From Eledone cirrhosa (lineage: Eukaryota): a DNA stretch of 64,000 bases. Where the stretch lies: NCBI GenBank assembly GCA_964016885.1, contig OZ024741.1, positions 86,800,001-86,864,000 of the forward strand, written 5' to 3'. The notes under the pieces are model-generated. The model ran no database searches. It was not told the origin of the DNA and was given only the letters and a program-made list of their open reading frames with translations. Shown in pieces: positions 27,686-39,588 of the stretch (the stretch's first letter is position 1; every line of letters starts with the position of its first letter). Made by a program: the position numbers and the translations under genes.

Positions 27686-30600
27686 CTGGGAAACATGACA
27701 AATCCTATGGCAAATCTAAATTTATTGTCCACCAAGTACATATTGTATCTTCCAGCAGGCTATCACTATAATTTCTTTTCATTCTACCACTGTTAGTGTA
27801 GGAGCCATCTGATGGCTACTATAGAACAAGATCACTTGTAGTTCACAGCTGAATACTGACTGGAGAAAAAATCATCTGTGAAATATGTTGGAAATCTATC
27901 TGAATTCTAGTCTTTTGATTTACAGAGAAAGATATATTTACTTATTTTTTATTCAAGATTTTCTTTAGACACCATCTCATTAAACATGACTGGAAAAAAG
28001 ATGTAAAATCTTACCACTGAAATTTTGGACAAAATAATCAAATTTTAATGTAAACCAACATTTTTTTTATAAGAATCTTAATCTATATTATAATTGTAAT
28101 AATTATTAGATGTAATTTTTGGATAGTCTAACTTACGTTTTTTTTAAAAATTGATTGACCACTGAAAAAGATATTTGTAACAAAATCTATACTATAATAA
28201 TAAAGGGAGGAGTGCGGGACAGCGTACGGTTTATATCTTTTAATCCACTTAGTAAAATAAGTTGGATTACTTTGAATAAATAATAAATGGATATTACATA
28301 ATTTATGTACTAAATTTCATAACTCTTGATTAAATATAAATAATTTTATTGCTTATTTAAAATTGACTTTTTTTCAAAGTTTCAAATTTCTACACTTCCG
28401 TCATATTGCTGCCGCCACCAAACACATCTATATGTATGAGTATATAACTATAATTGCACAAACACAAACTTACAAAAATACACCCTCACGGACATACATT
28501 CACACATATACATTTACACAAACACACACATACAGTCATGATAGCAGCATTCAGTGACTTGGAAATGGGAGAATAAAATAAAGTACAACTTTGTATTTAT
28601 TTATTTATTAACAACACAGTTTAACTTTTTTTAAAAAAACTCATTTGTATAAAAATTTAATATAATGGTGACAGAACGAAAACACATATAATATATACAA
28701 AGTAAAGGGAAAGGCGAAAAAAATACACAAGCACATAATACACACATCTTAGACCACATAGAACAATATGCAGATGAAAGGGGTGGACAAATGAGCTGCT
28801 ACCAGAGTAAAAGATAATATAGTGAGGAGCACTGGGAAACCTCTCTAATAATTTTTTAGGCAAGCGAGCATGCTCGCAGCGTTACCTGGGTTGATGGTGA
28901 GGCTGAGGTGCTGGAACAACCAAGTGCCCTCACGAGCATCACCAGTTACCGCTGTATGGTGAACCGCCAGTGAAGATAAGAATAAACAGAGGAAATTACA
29001 GCAACTCATGCAAATGTTTCAGGGTTCTGGTGGACAAAATGAAGAATGTGTTACCCCAGGGGCGGTTGGTGACAGAAATAGGGCTTGTTCTTGTGGCTGG
29101 TCATCTTTATCATTATCAGAGTGAGTAGACAGGTGGTATGGAAGCCCAGGACATCAGATATTTCCATCACTATAGATCTGATAAGAAACTTATCAGGGAA
29201 TGTAAACTTTGTTAGCTTGAGATCTTCAACCTGTCAGGTGACAAACCCTGGATCTGTCATTGCTCACCAGGTTGCTGTAGGTCATATCCTAGATTAATGG
29301 TTTCTCTCCTCAGTTTAACTCTGCAGTGGGAAAATCAACTGTCCAAATCACACGAAATGATAACATTGAGATTAGCATATCAAGGGAAACAAATGGAATC
29401 TCAAAATGTCTACTGTAGAGCCATAATGGCATTTGTGTTGCTCACAAATTTGGAAAACAAACCTGAAAAGAAACGCCTATTCAGAGACAGTTATTGTCTG
29501 ACTGGGTACCAGTTGACTGAAGGTATGCGGTATCCATCTAAGCACTACTAGGGGACAGGGCTGAGACATGCTGGTCAAACAGGTACATTAGGTTGTCCAA
29601 GACTTTATGGTGTCCCATTTATATTGGACTAATGGGACTTCTGCAGGATGAAGGCCAAGTTAGGTAATTGTGGTAGGCTCTGCAGTGTTGTGGAGTACAT
29701 TAAGGGCATGATATGAGGACTAAGGAGGGAAATGTCAGCAATGCTAATGTAATGAGAGACAGAAGACCAAGGCAGGAAGGGTGACTTACTGCCATCCAGT
29801 TTCGATGAAATGGAGGTTGCATATACCACACCAGATGGATTTATTTTTAGTTCAGTGAAAAATTGACTGCAATAAGGTATGCTGTGAAAGGTATACATCA
29901 GAATATTGTCAGAGCTGCAATATCATAGGCATATATTAGGTATGAGAAATTATTATTAACTCCTACATGAAAAACCACATTAGCAAAACAATGTTGTAAA
30001 TGCATCACATTAAAAATAGTCTTTACTCTAATAGTGCAAATATTTGATCCAAAAGACTGTTATTAACTCAATGTCTCGTACCACAGAAGACTACATTAGC
30101 AAGACATTCTAGAAAAGTACTAAACAGCACAATGACTACACCACATAAAAAATTGTTTTTACTCTAATCAAATTTTCACATCATTCTGTCCACTAGTAAA
30201 AATCAGAGGTTATAGAAAAATAAAGAGTTGAAGGCACTCTTGTTCCTAAGCAGTAAAGTAGACATGAAAGCATGCCACCTGCAAACATAAAGCTGACACA
30301 GAAGAGGATAGAGAATTTCATTCACTTCCCTGTTGGAACTAGTCATGTTGGAAAGGAGATGTTACCTACCAGAGAAGAAAGGAAGAGACAGAGACGAGTA
30401 TTTACATAGACCTAGGCCCTCGAATCATTTGGTCATTGCAGCGTGGTCACAGTATTTTGGAGTCTGGCATAGACCACGCATTCAAGTTTTCTCAAGATTA
30501 GGTTGTCAAAACATTGCAGAGACGACGAGAATCCATATGAGTGACTGACTCTGAGCATATACAACTTAGGAATTAATAGGTAATTCCTATTGGGGCTTGA

Positions 30601-31609
30601 TTACCACAATGCTTTTCAGTAATTACGGAAGGTTGCCATCTTGAAAGCTAGGTCAGTAATTGGGGCTCCTAGGGAGCACCATACTGATAAGGGAAGGATT
30701 CATTGAATAGGTTTATAGTCAGCTGATGTGAAACTGAGTAGTTGAAGATTCAGTGCTTGCATTTGGCACTGTTGATATGTAGGCCTCTATGACCATCTTC
30801 CTCAATCACTGTCTTTGTAAATACCATCAAGATACAAGACATGCAAAACCAAGTCAGCCCCTATCTTAGTAACATCGTTAATGTCCAATGAAAATAGAGC
30901 AGGTCCGAGTGGACCGCCTCGTTGGACTCCCGAGGTGGAGAGTATGAATTGGTTACCGAAAGAGAGATAGGAGGGCTCCCAATAAGCAAAGATGTAGGGC
31001 TTGGTGGCCCTCTCCATAATTAAGCTGAAGATGACATCACGACTAATAGAGTGAATGCCTTCTTGAGATCATGTATGAGGACAACATTAGCGATCTCAGA
31101 AAGAAAGTTGGTGAAAAACCAACCTTGGTACCCACTCCCAGCTGAATAAGGGAAAATTCTGTAGACAGGTGGTCTGAGATCGATGTCAAAGACACTTATG
31201 TTATGAACTGTATCAGAGTATTTCCAAATGCAATGGGGCCGAAGGTCGCCATTGAGTTTTACAAAGCTGAACCAGCGACCAATATAAACTGAAACTAAAA
31301 CAAAAATAATTATTTTAAATTTTCAGAAAGCGAAACAACTAATATTTTCAAATATATATATTTTTTCTTGAATTTTAAAAAGTTTCTTTCTTTCATTTTT
31401 TTCCTGTAATCAAAAACTGATTAGGATTACGATATTTACAGATGAGTACATTTTTGATATAAATATGCTTGCATGTGCAATGAAATAAAAAAAAAAGAAG
31501 ATTGTTCGTTTCGGTTATTGAAGGCAGCCAATATATTTTTTTTACATTCACCATTATTGTTAGTGAAATCTTCAATTGCGTTAGTTTTAAAAGTTCTACC
31601 TAAATATTA

Positions 31610-31795
31610 TTGGTAGTATCGTTGGAGGGTCAGACGCCATGCTTTGCAGCATAGAGTTACACCCCTTTAAAGTCTGAGTTCAAATACCGCCCAAGTTAAC
31701 TTTACCTTTCATCCTTACCAGGTCGATAAAATATATCACCAGTAATGCACTGAGATAATTGCTGGCCTTGTGCCAAAAGTAGAAACAATTATTAA
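31610..31795 (+). mobile_element. SINE family 1
   Basis: Paralog of 7572..7757. Confidence 0.8.
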
Positions 31796-32298
31796 TATTT
31801 GTAATAAAAGAAAATTTTGTAAGGGAGGGCCGGTTGAAATATCGGAAGTATCATTGATTATTTGGAAACAACAATCTACCTCGAATCATTAGAGAGTGTG
31901 ATACCTCAGACCTAACAAACCAAATAACATTTACAAATGTTATTGTTGTTTAGTCTCGGCTCAAATTTGATTCCAAATTAAATGACATTATGGAAATTGA
32001 ATTATGCTAAATGACAACAGGACACAGAGGACTTCGATCGCAAAAGAACAAGAATGAGATAGATGTATGTAACAAAAATTTGAGATCGGAAAGATAACCT
32101 AAATTTCTAAAACTAAATAATATAAGTAGTATTAAATATTTAGCCTTCATTGTTGAGTTCACTGAGATGTAAGTAAATATTTCTAATATTTAATTTCTGA
32201 CGTAAAAGTGTTTTTCCAAGAGAGAGTTAATGAAAACTGGTGATAAATAATAAAAAAAAAAAGGCTGCAAATAACGAAGCTATTTATTATTATTTCAA

Positions 32299-32401
32299 AT
32301 CCCGCCGAGGTTGACTTTGCCTTTCATCCTTACGGGGTCGATAAAATAAAGTACCAGTAATGCACTGGATAATTGCTGGCCTTGTGCCTAAAGTAGAAAC
32401 A
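32299..32401 (+). mobile_element. 5'-truncated SINE family 1, inserted after the duplication
   Basis: 13-bp TSD ATTATTATTTCAA (32286-98 and 32402-14). The empty site is at ~8271 in unit 1. Confidence 0.88.
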
Positions 32402-34129
32402 ATTATTATTTCAAGTCTAAGTACGTAACAGCGTATACATATTAATTAAATACAATACGTGGTTTCGTATATTATTTTTTATTCACATAAGTTTACTTTC
32501 TGTTTGTAAGAGCTAAGTATCTTGGTTATAGACATAATTGATATGTTCGTGACAATTAACTGAACAGTCTTCAGCTATATGTGATAGTATCGACAAATAT
32601 ACTTTACATTAAACCTTAGCCTAAATTTTAATGTAATATGTAGCGACACTTTCTCTAGTGGTAACCTAGTGAATTCGGTGATAGACATGTAGCGACGCTG
32701 GTTCGGGTCAGTCTAATCACTACTTCTGATCAGATCCGAGAATAGTCCTTAGAAGGACTGTTATCGCATACGGTCTGATCAGATATGAAGATAGCCCTTA
32801 AAAGGACTGTTGTCGCATATAGCCCTTAAAAGAACTGTTGTCGCATATAGCCCTTAAAAGAACTGTTGAGGATGGACAGACGAAAGCACAAGTTGAAAGG
32901 ACGAAGCAAGGCGAGATGTAAATTCGATCAGCTATTTTATTTTCACATGAAGCGACGATACGGAGTACAAGGCAATGCGTGTGTGCGTGGCAGAGTAAAG
33001 GAACAATGATGCGCTAGCTGCCTCTGGCGAAAGTGTTTGGAACCACTCTATTTATACAGGAACAATCTTTTGTTGTTCAGTCGATGTGTAGGCGTTTATT
33101 CTGGTAGGTTCTAAGGGTTCTTTTGTTTCACGTTGAGTAGCTAGCTAACAGGTAGATGGCGCTGTATATTTCACAGCTGTTATTTCCGGTGGCTGTACAT
33201 TAGCCCACTGCCAGTTCTTTTGTACAACAAAAGAGCGAAATATCGTATAGTAATGGGCCAGTGGTGCATTTGTCATGACAATAGCCCCAGGATTGTCCAA
33301 CACGTTGTGAAATTTTGTGATCATCGAGTACAGGACAGAGTCGATGTAGATGATATGGCAAGATGTGTGTGTCAGGAAGAGAAAAAAGAAATAAACTATA
33401 AAATGACTTTGACCAGATTTATGCAGGCGTGATGAATGAGCCTGTTGCAATTTCGGTTGAGCTGCCTGTGAATTGCGTGACAAAAAGTCTAACTGGGCAG
33501 TGAAGATAACCGTAATGTGTGAACTGAATGGCCGTAAGCATGCTGCCTAAAAGTAACAGTTTTCTCCACAGCATATGACTTGAGCGAATGAATGTGGTAA
33601 AAAAAATAGCGAGGCATTCTCGAGCTATTGAGTGAATGTGTACGTGAAAAAGGAAGGCCAGTGTTTTGAGGTTGCGATTTGTGAAATGCGTGATCAAAGA
33701 GAAAATATTTTGTAGTGTAAGAGTTAGAGGGACACAAATATCTATTGCTCAGTGTATGAACCAAAAGGTGAAACAAATGTGGTTTTGTAGTGTGCATGAA
33801 AACAGAATATGTACACGCCTTGTATGTATATAAAAATTATGGCAATTACACAATCAATGTTACAGAACAAGAAAAATACAAATTTTGCAAAACAAGAGAG
33901 AGAAGAAAAAAAAATGTTATACACAATGATATACACAATGTTTGTTCTTAAATAGTGTTTGTAATAAATAATGTTCATAATAAATAATGTTCTTCGTGAC
34001 ATGAGCACATGGTCACTAAAAATTGCAATTGTTCAAGCAGAAAGTTCATTGTATTTGAAACTGGAAATAGTAAACACAAGAAAAATGGAAATGTTTTGCA
34101 AGAAGAATGATTAAGAAACTCACTTGAGG

Positions 34130-35426
34130 TTAACGGTAATTCACATATTGTGCCAACTTTGCGGGCCAATGGACGCGTCGTCCGCTTCTCGTGACCGGAG
34201 ATGAAACAGGTGGCTCGCTGGGACAGCAATCTGTTTGAGTTTCTGGTGTAGAGACTGTAACAGTATCCATGATGGCTTTTTTTAATCTGTCCACGCTGAC
34301 AGAATTCTGTTTACCATCTAGATCGAGAATAAAATATTTCGGATATTTTTTTAGAACACGATAAGGGCCAGAATATGGAGGTCGAAGATGAGCTGAGATG
34401 GTGTCGTTTCGAATGAAAACGTGTGTCCAATCATCAATGTCTGAAGGTACGTGTGTGGCCATGTTCTGTTGACGGGTGCTTGCAGGAACAAGGTGAGACA
34501 TATTGTCGAAGACGGTGTACGTATGATCCTGGGTCTGGAACATCCTGAGGAGAGATGGGAGCAACCATCTGACCAGGTAGAACCAGGGTGGTGCCGTACA
34601 CTAATTCTGCAGGTGTGTGTCCGAATTCCTCTTTAACGGTGGATCGAATGCCCAGAAGGATGAGTGGTAGATATTCAAACCAGTGTGTCTTGTCTGGATA
34701 TGCTTTTATTGCAGCTTTCAATTGGCGATGGAATCTTTCCACGAGACCATTAGCTTGCGGGTGATAAGCTGTCGTGCGGATGTGTTTACATCCTAACAGG
34801 CGAGTCAGTTCCCTGAAGAGCTGGGAGTCAAATTGGCGTCCTCTGTCCGTTGTTATCTTCGCTGGGGCGCCATAACGTGATACCCAGTGTAAAACCAAAG
34901 TTTTAGCGACTGTTTCCGCTGAGGTGTCATTTATGGGAAAAGTCTCAGGCCAACGAGAAAATCGATCGATGCAGGTGAGCAAGTGTGTGTAGTTCTGTGA
35001 TGGTGGTAGAGGTCCAACGATGTCGATATGCACATGATGAAAACGTGCATCGAGTTGCGCGAATGTGCCGAGTGGAGTTTTGATGTGTCTGTGGACTTTG
35101 GCTTTCTGGCAGGCAATGCAGCTCCTGGACCAGTCGCGCACGTCCTTGTTAATGTTAGTCCACACAAAACGAGCAGAGATGAGTTTCTGTGTAGCCCGGA
35201 TTCCCGGGTGAGACAAGCAGTGTAAAGCAGAAAAAACTTGTCGACGATGCATCTGTGGTACGTACGGTCGTTCATGACCGGTAGAAAGGTCGCACCAAAT
35301 TTGTCCCGGAGAAGAAGGAATGGGAACTTGCTGAAACTTGAGAGATGGCGAATCTCGGAGTTTCATAAACTCTTCGTCAGTCTCTTGGTCAGCTGCGATT
35401 TGTTGAAGGTCGATGCCTGAATGCAC
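34130..35426 (-). pseudogene. Gypsy integrase (frameshifted)
   Basis: HCLSHPG...CIAC zinc-binding motif, [15 protein letters not shown] and NGLVERFHR. Confidence 0.9.
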
Positions 35427-35581
35427 ATGTATTGCGTTCAGCTGGATTCGGGACAGGGCGTCGGCTGCTACGTTCTCTGATCCCTTGATATGCCGAATAT
35501 CAGTTGAATATTGGGAGACAAAATCCAGGTGTCGGAGTTCTCTCGGTGAATGTCGATCAGGTTTGGTACGGAATGCATAAA

Positions 35582-37512
35582 CTAGTGATTTATGGTCATG
35601 TAGATCACGAAATCTGATCCTTCGAGCATGTGCCGAAAATGCTTAACCGAAAGATAGGTTGCCAAGAGTTCGCGGCCAAAGGTACTGTATTTCGTTTCTG
35701 CCGGTTGCAACCGCTTAGAAAAGAAGGATAAGGGTTGCCACACGCCGTCGACATGTTGTAGAACGCCTCCAACCCCCGTGTCTGATGCGTCCACTAGCAG
35801 CGAAAGAGGAGCGCCAGACCTGGGGAAAACGAGCATGGAAGCGTTTGCCAACATTTCCTTCAGGCGGTTAAAAGATGTTAATTCTTCCTCGTTTAGAGTG
35901 ATCTCTTCGTTTTTGCGAGTCCGGTTACGAAGAAGGTCCGTGAGGAGTCTGGCTGCGTCGGAACAATGAGGGATAAACCGCCTATAAAAATTCATCAGAC
36001 CGAGGAATTCACGCAGTTTCCGAAGTGATGTAGGTGCAGGAAAACTGCGGATAGCTTCTACTTTCTCGGGAAGTGGACGAATGCCGTCTTTGTCAATCAT
36101 GTGCCCGAGAAAGGACAGTGAAGGAACGCCGAGAAGGCACTTGCTGGGGTTGATGATGATACCGTACTCAGCTAAACGTCGGAAAAGGAAATCTAAGTGC
36201 TTCTCGTGTTCATTCTCGGAAGCACTTGCTATCAGTACGTCGTCAATATACGCGTATACGAAGGGTAGATCGCGTAACACGGTGTCAATAAACCGCTGAA
36301 AAGTTTGTGCAGAGTTGCGCAGACCGAACGGCATTCGCAGAAATTTGAATAAACCGAACGGTGTTGTGATTGCGGTCTTCGGAATGTCTGCAGGCTCCAT
36401 AGGTATCTGGTTATATGCACGCACCAGATCTACCTTGGAAAAGATACATGCGCCTTGCAGAGAGGCAGAAAAATCGTGCAGGTGAGGTACAGGGTAATTA
36501 TCGGACACTGTAGAATTGTTAAGTGCACGATAATCCCCACATGGTCGCCAATCATTCTCTGATTTTTTTGGAACACGGTGTAGGGGTGCAGACCAGTTGC
36601 TGGAGGAAGGGCGAATGATTCCGAGGTCCAGCATGTGTTGGAAATCCTGCTTGGCGATTCTCAATCGGTCTGGAGGCAGTCTCCTTGGTCGGGCAGCTGT
36701 GGGTGGTCCCTTTGTCTCGATGTGGTGCGCGACACTATGCTTAATGGGACTATCCTTAAATACCGGGTGAGTGATGTCTGGGTATTTCTGGAGAATGCCG
36801 TTGTACCGCGAAGGCTCTGACTGGCAAATTACAGGGCTCACTGTGGGTTGCGTCGTAAATATACCTCTCACAGTAAGGTTTGTGGTGGTGTCAATAAGCC
36901 TTTGGTTCTTCATATCCACCAGAAGGTTGAAGTGGTGGAGAAAATCGGCTCCTAGGATCGGGGTCGGCAGGTCTGCCACGACGAACACCCATTGAAAAAC
37001 GTCGCCTCAGGCCTAAATTGAGGGTCAGAGACTTTTCCCCGAAAGTCGGAATTGACGATTGGTTCACTGCCTGCAGAAAGGACAGGGTGTCTTTTGCCCG
37101 AGATCAGTGAAACCGGATTAACACTGACCTGGGCTCCTGTATCCACGAGGTATCGGATGCCTGTCGCCTGGTCGTTAATAAAAAATAGACGACTTTTCTT
37201 TTCAGTACCAGGGGTGAACGTCGTCGCTAGGCCCTGGGTGGCATTCCGGAAAGAGCACGGGGCTTTGCACTTAGATGCCTGTGCGCCGAAATTTGTGTGA
37301 TACCAGCAGATGTTGCCAGGCACACGATTTTGACTGGGACTACTGGATTTTTTACTGTGAAAAGGCCTGGCTCGATTGTTGCTGCATCGCCGGTGTGTTT
37401 GAAAGGTCAAGTTCTCTACCTGATTCGAGAGGTCTTTAATTTGACCAGCCCGCTCTCTGATCATAGCCCGCAGTTCTGAAATCTCGGCTTCTGTCGTTTG
37501 TGACATGTCCAT
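35582..37512 (-). pseudogene. Gypsy truncated gag, protease, RT and RNase H (frameshifted)
   Basis: ORFs 36952..37512 and 35582..36988, with [21 protein letters not shown] and [10 protein letters not shown]. Confidence 0.9.
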
Positions 37513-37537
37513 GTTGATATTTTCTTAGGTGCTGTCT

Positions 37538-37569
37538 GGTTGCGCGTTCGACTCACGTTCGGGTCACCA
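37538..37569 (-). promoter_or_regulatory. Primer-binding site complementary to tRNA-Trp (extended)
   Basis: Plus strand GGTTGCGCGTTCGACTCACGTTCGGGTCACCA looks like a tRNA-Trp 3' end with T-arm and CCA, 2 nt from the 5' LTR. Confidence 0.8.
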
Positions 37570-38321
37570 ATTGTAGCGATGCTGGTTGGTCAGTCTAGTC
37601 ACTACTTCTGATCAGATCCGAGAATAGTCCTTAGAAGGACTGTTATCGCATACGGTCTGATCAGATATGAAGATAGCCCTTAAAAGGACTGTTGTCGCAT
37701 ATAGCCCTTAAAAGAACTGTTGAGGATGGACAGACGAAAGCACAAGTTGAAAGGACGAAGCAAGGCGAGATGTAAATTCGATCAGCTATTTATTTTCACA
37801 TGAAGCGACGATACGGAGTACAAGGCAATGCGTGTGTGCGTGGCAGAGTAAAGGAACAATGATGCGCTAGCTGCCTCTGGCGAAAGTGTTTGGAACCACT
37901 CTATTTATACAGGAACAATCTTTTGTTGTTTAGTCGTTGTGTAGGCGTTTATTCTGGTAGGTTCTAAGGGTTCTTTTGTTTCACGTTGAGTAGCTAGCTA
38001 ACAGGTAGATGGCGCTGTATATTTCACAGCTGTTATTTCCGGTGGCTGTACAGACATAAGTTTCGTTCCCCGACAAGCTGAAGATCGCAAGCTGATGAAG
38101 TATCATTTGTCGTTGAATCTGTATGACCTCTTTACTCACTGCTATAGGAGGGGTAGAGGAATTGGCCAGCCACATGAGTGAGCACTGTAAGCTGGAATGG
38201 CTATCTTCCTGGATTTTTTCCATTCTGTCCGCTGGGACCACGAGGCGGCTTGCGTCAGGATTTCTGTATACCAGAGTACATTCTCTCACATTATCTAGGT
38301 TCGTATTATTAGTGTAGCGAA

Positions 38322-38490
38322 AGGGCGGTGGATTGCCAGTATTGGTAGAAGGTCGGAAATCATGCTTTGCAGCAAAGAGTTATGCCCCTTTACGGTCTGA
38401 GTTCAAATCCTGCCAAGGTTAACTTTGCCTTTCATCTTTACGGGGTCGATAAAATAAAGTACCATTAATCCACTAGTAGAAAGAATTATT
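38322..38490 (+). mobile_element. SINE family 1
   Basis: Paralog of 8862..9048 without the Chapaev insertion. Confidence 0.75.
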
Positions 38491-39588
38491 AGAGTAGCGA
38501 TGGTATAGGTTAAACAATTTTTTTTTCGAAAAGAAAACTCACATACACACACATATCTATGTTCTTTCATTACACTCACTCATTTCGAAAAATCATTTTT
38601 TTTCTCAAAAAGTGCATAATATAAATATGTTCTTTCATTACGCTCACTCATTTCGAAAAAACCTTGTGTTTTTTTCAAATTACGTCCGTTACATTGGTTC
38701 GTTGTAATCAGAAATCCAGCAGGAAAAAAATGCTTCACTCACCATATTCTCCAAAACTTGCTCCTTCTGATTATCATTTGTTTAGGAATTTACATAATCA
38801 TTTTGATAGACTGAAATTAACACCAAGAGAGGAGGGTGAAAATTAGTTAGTCCTCTAATGAATATGGTTTTGAAAACAATGGAGACTATGATTAAATGCA
38901 ATCCTAAATACCACTATTTTGATCTTCAAAATACATGTTAAAATCTGACAGAACTTTTATTCAAACCAAGTATATATAATGTTATAGAAGCTGCAAGTGT
39001 AGCTATAGTCTGCAAATATACAAACTTCAGTCATGAATGTATGATATAAAGTTGAGTTATTCAGGTAATGGTATATATCTACATTTTATTAATATGGAAA
39101 TATAATAAAATTTCAACTATTTAATCTCTATCTTTTAACTACCCCTTATGTCTTTCTTTTCCTTTTTAACTACCCACTATTTCTTTCTTTTCTTAGAATA
39201 TCAGATGACATTGCTAGAATATTTTCCAGTAGACCTTCATCAATATTTATCGTCTTTTAAGGATCAAAAGAAGATGTATTGTTTATATAAATTGCTGGTA
39301 GTATTACTATAAAGTACTTGTTTGGAACCGACATTAATAGCACATTGCTCTACTTCACAGTCTTCAATGTGTATCAGATGATTTGCCAATCTTGAAAAAA
39401 ATTTCAATGGAGTTTGCAACATCTTCAGATATTGATAAACATCATAGTTGATGTATCAGTAAAAATAATTGTAAAGAATGAAATATAAATACAAAAAGAA
39501 GAAAATTATCCATGTATTGTGTTGAGAAAAATGATGGTAAAATTAATTACATAAGAAACTTAAAGGATGGATTTTTTTTCCTGAAAAA

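Larger units (their letters stand above)
32688..38052 (-). mobile_element. Ty3/Gypsy LTR retrotransposon with two LTRs
   Basis: LTRs 32688..33199 and 37572..38052 (TG...CA) with GACA TSD and an empty site at ~8553. Minus-strand order is gag knuckle CWYH..C..PC, protease VDTGA, RT YIDD, RNase H, then HHCC-DDE integrase. Frameshifted. Confidence 0.95.

Noticed and set aside
37538-37569. tRNA-Trp gene
   Set aside because: Only the 3' portion is present, with an encoded CCA next to an LTR. There is no D-arm or anticodon arm.
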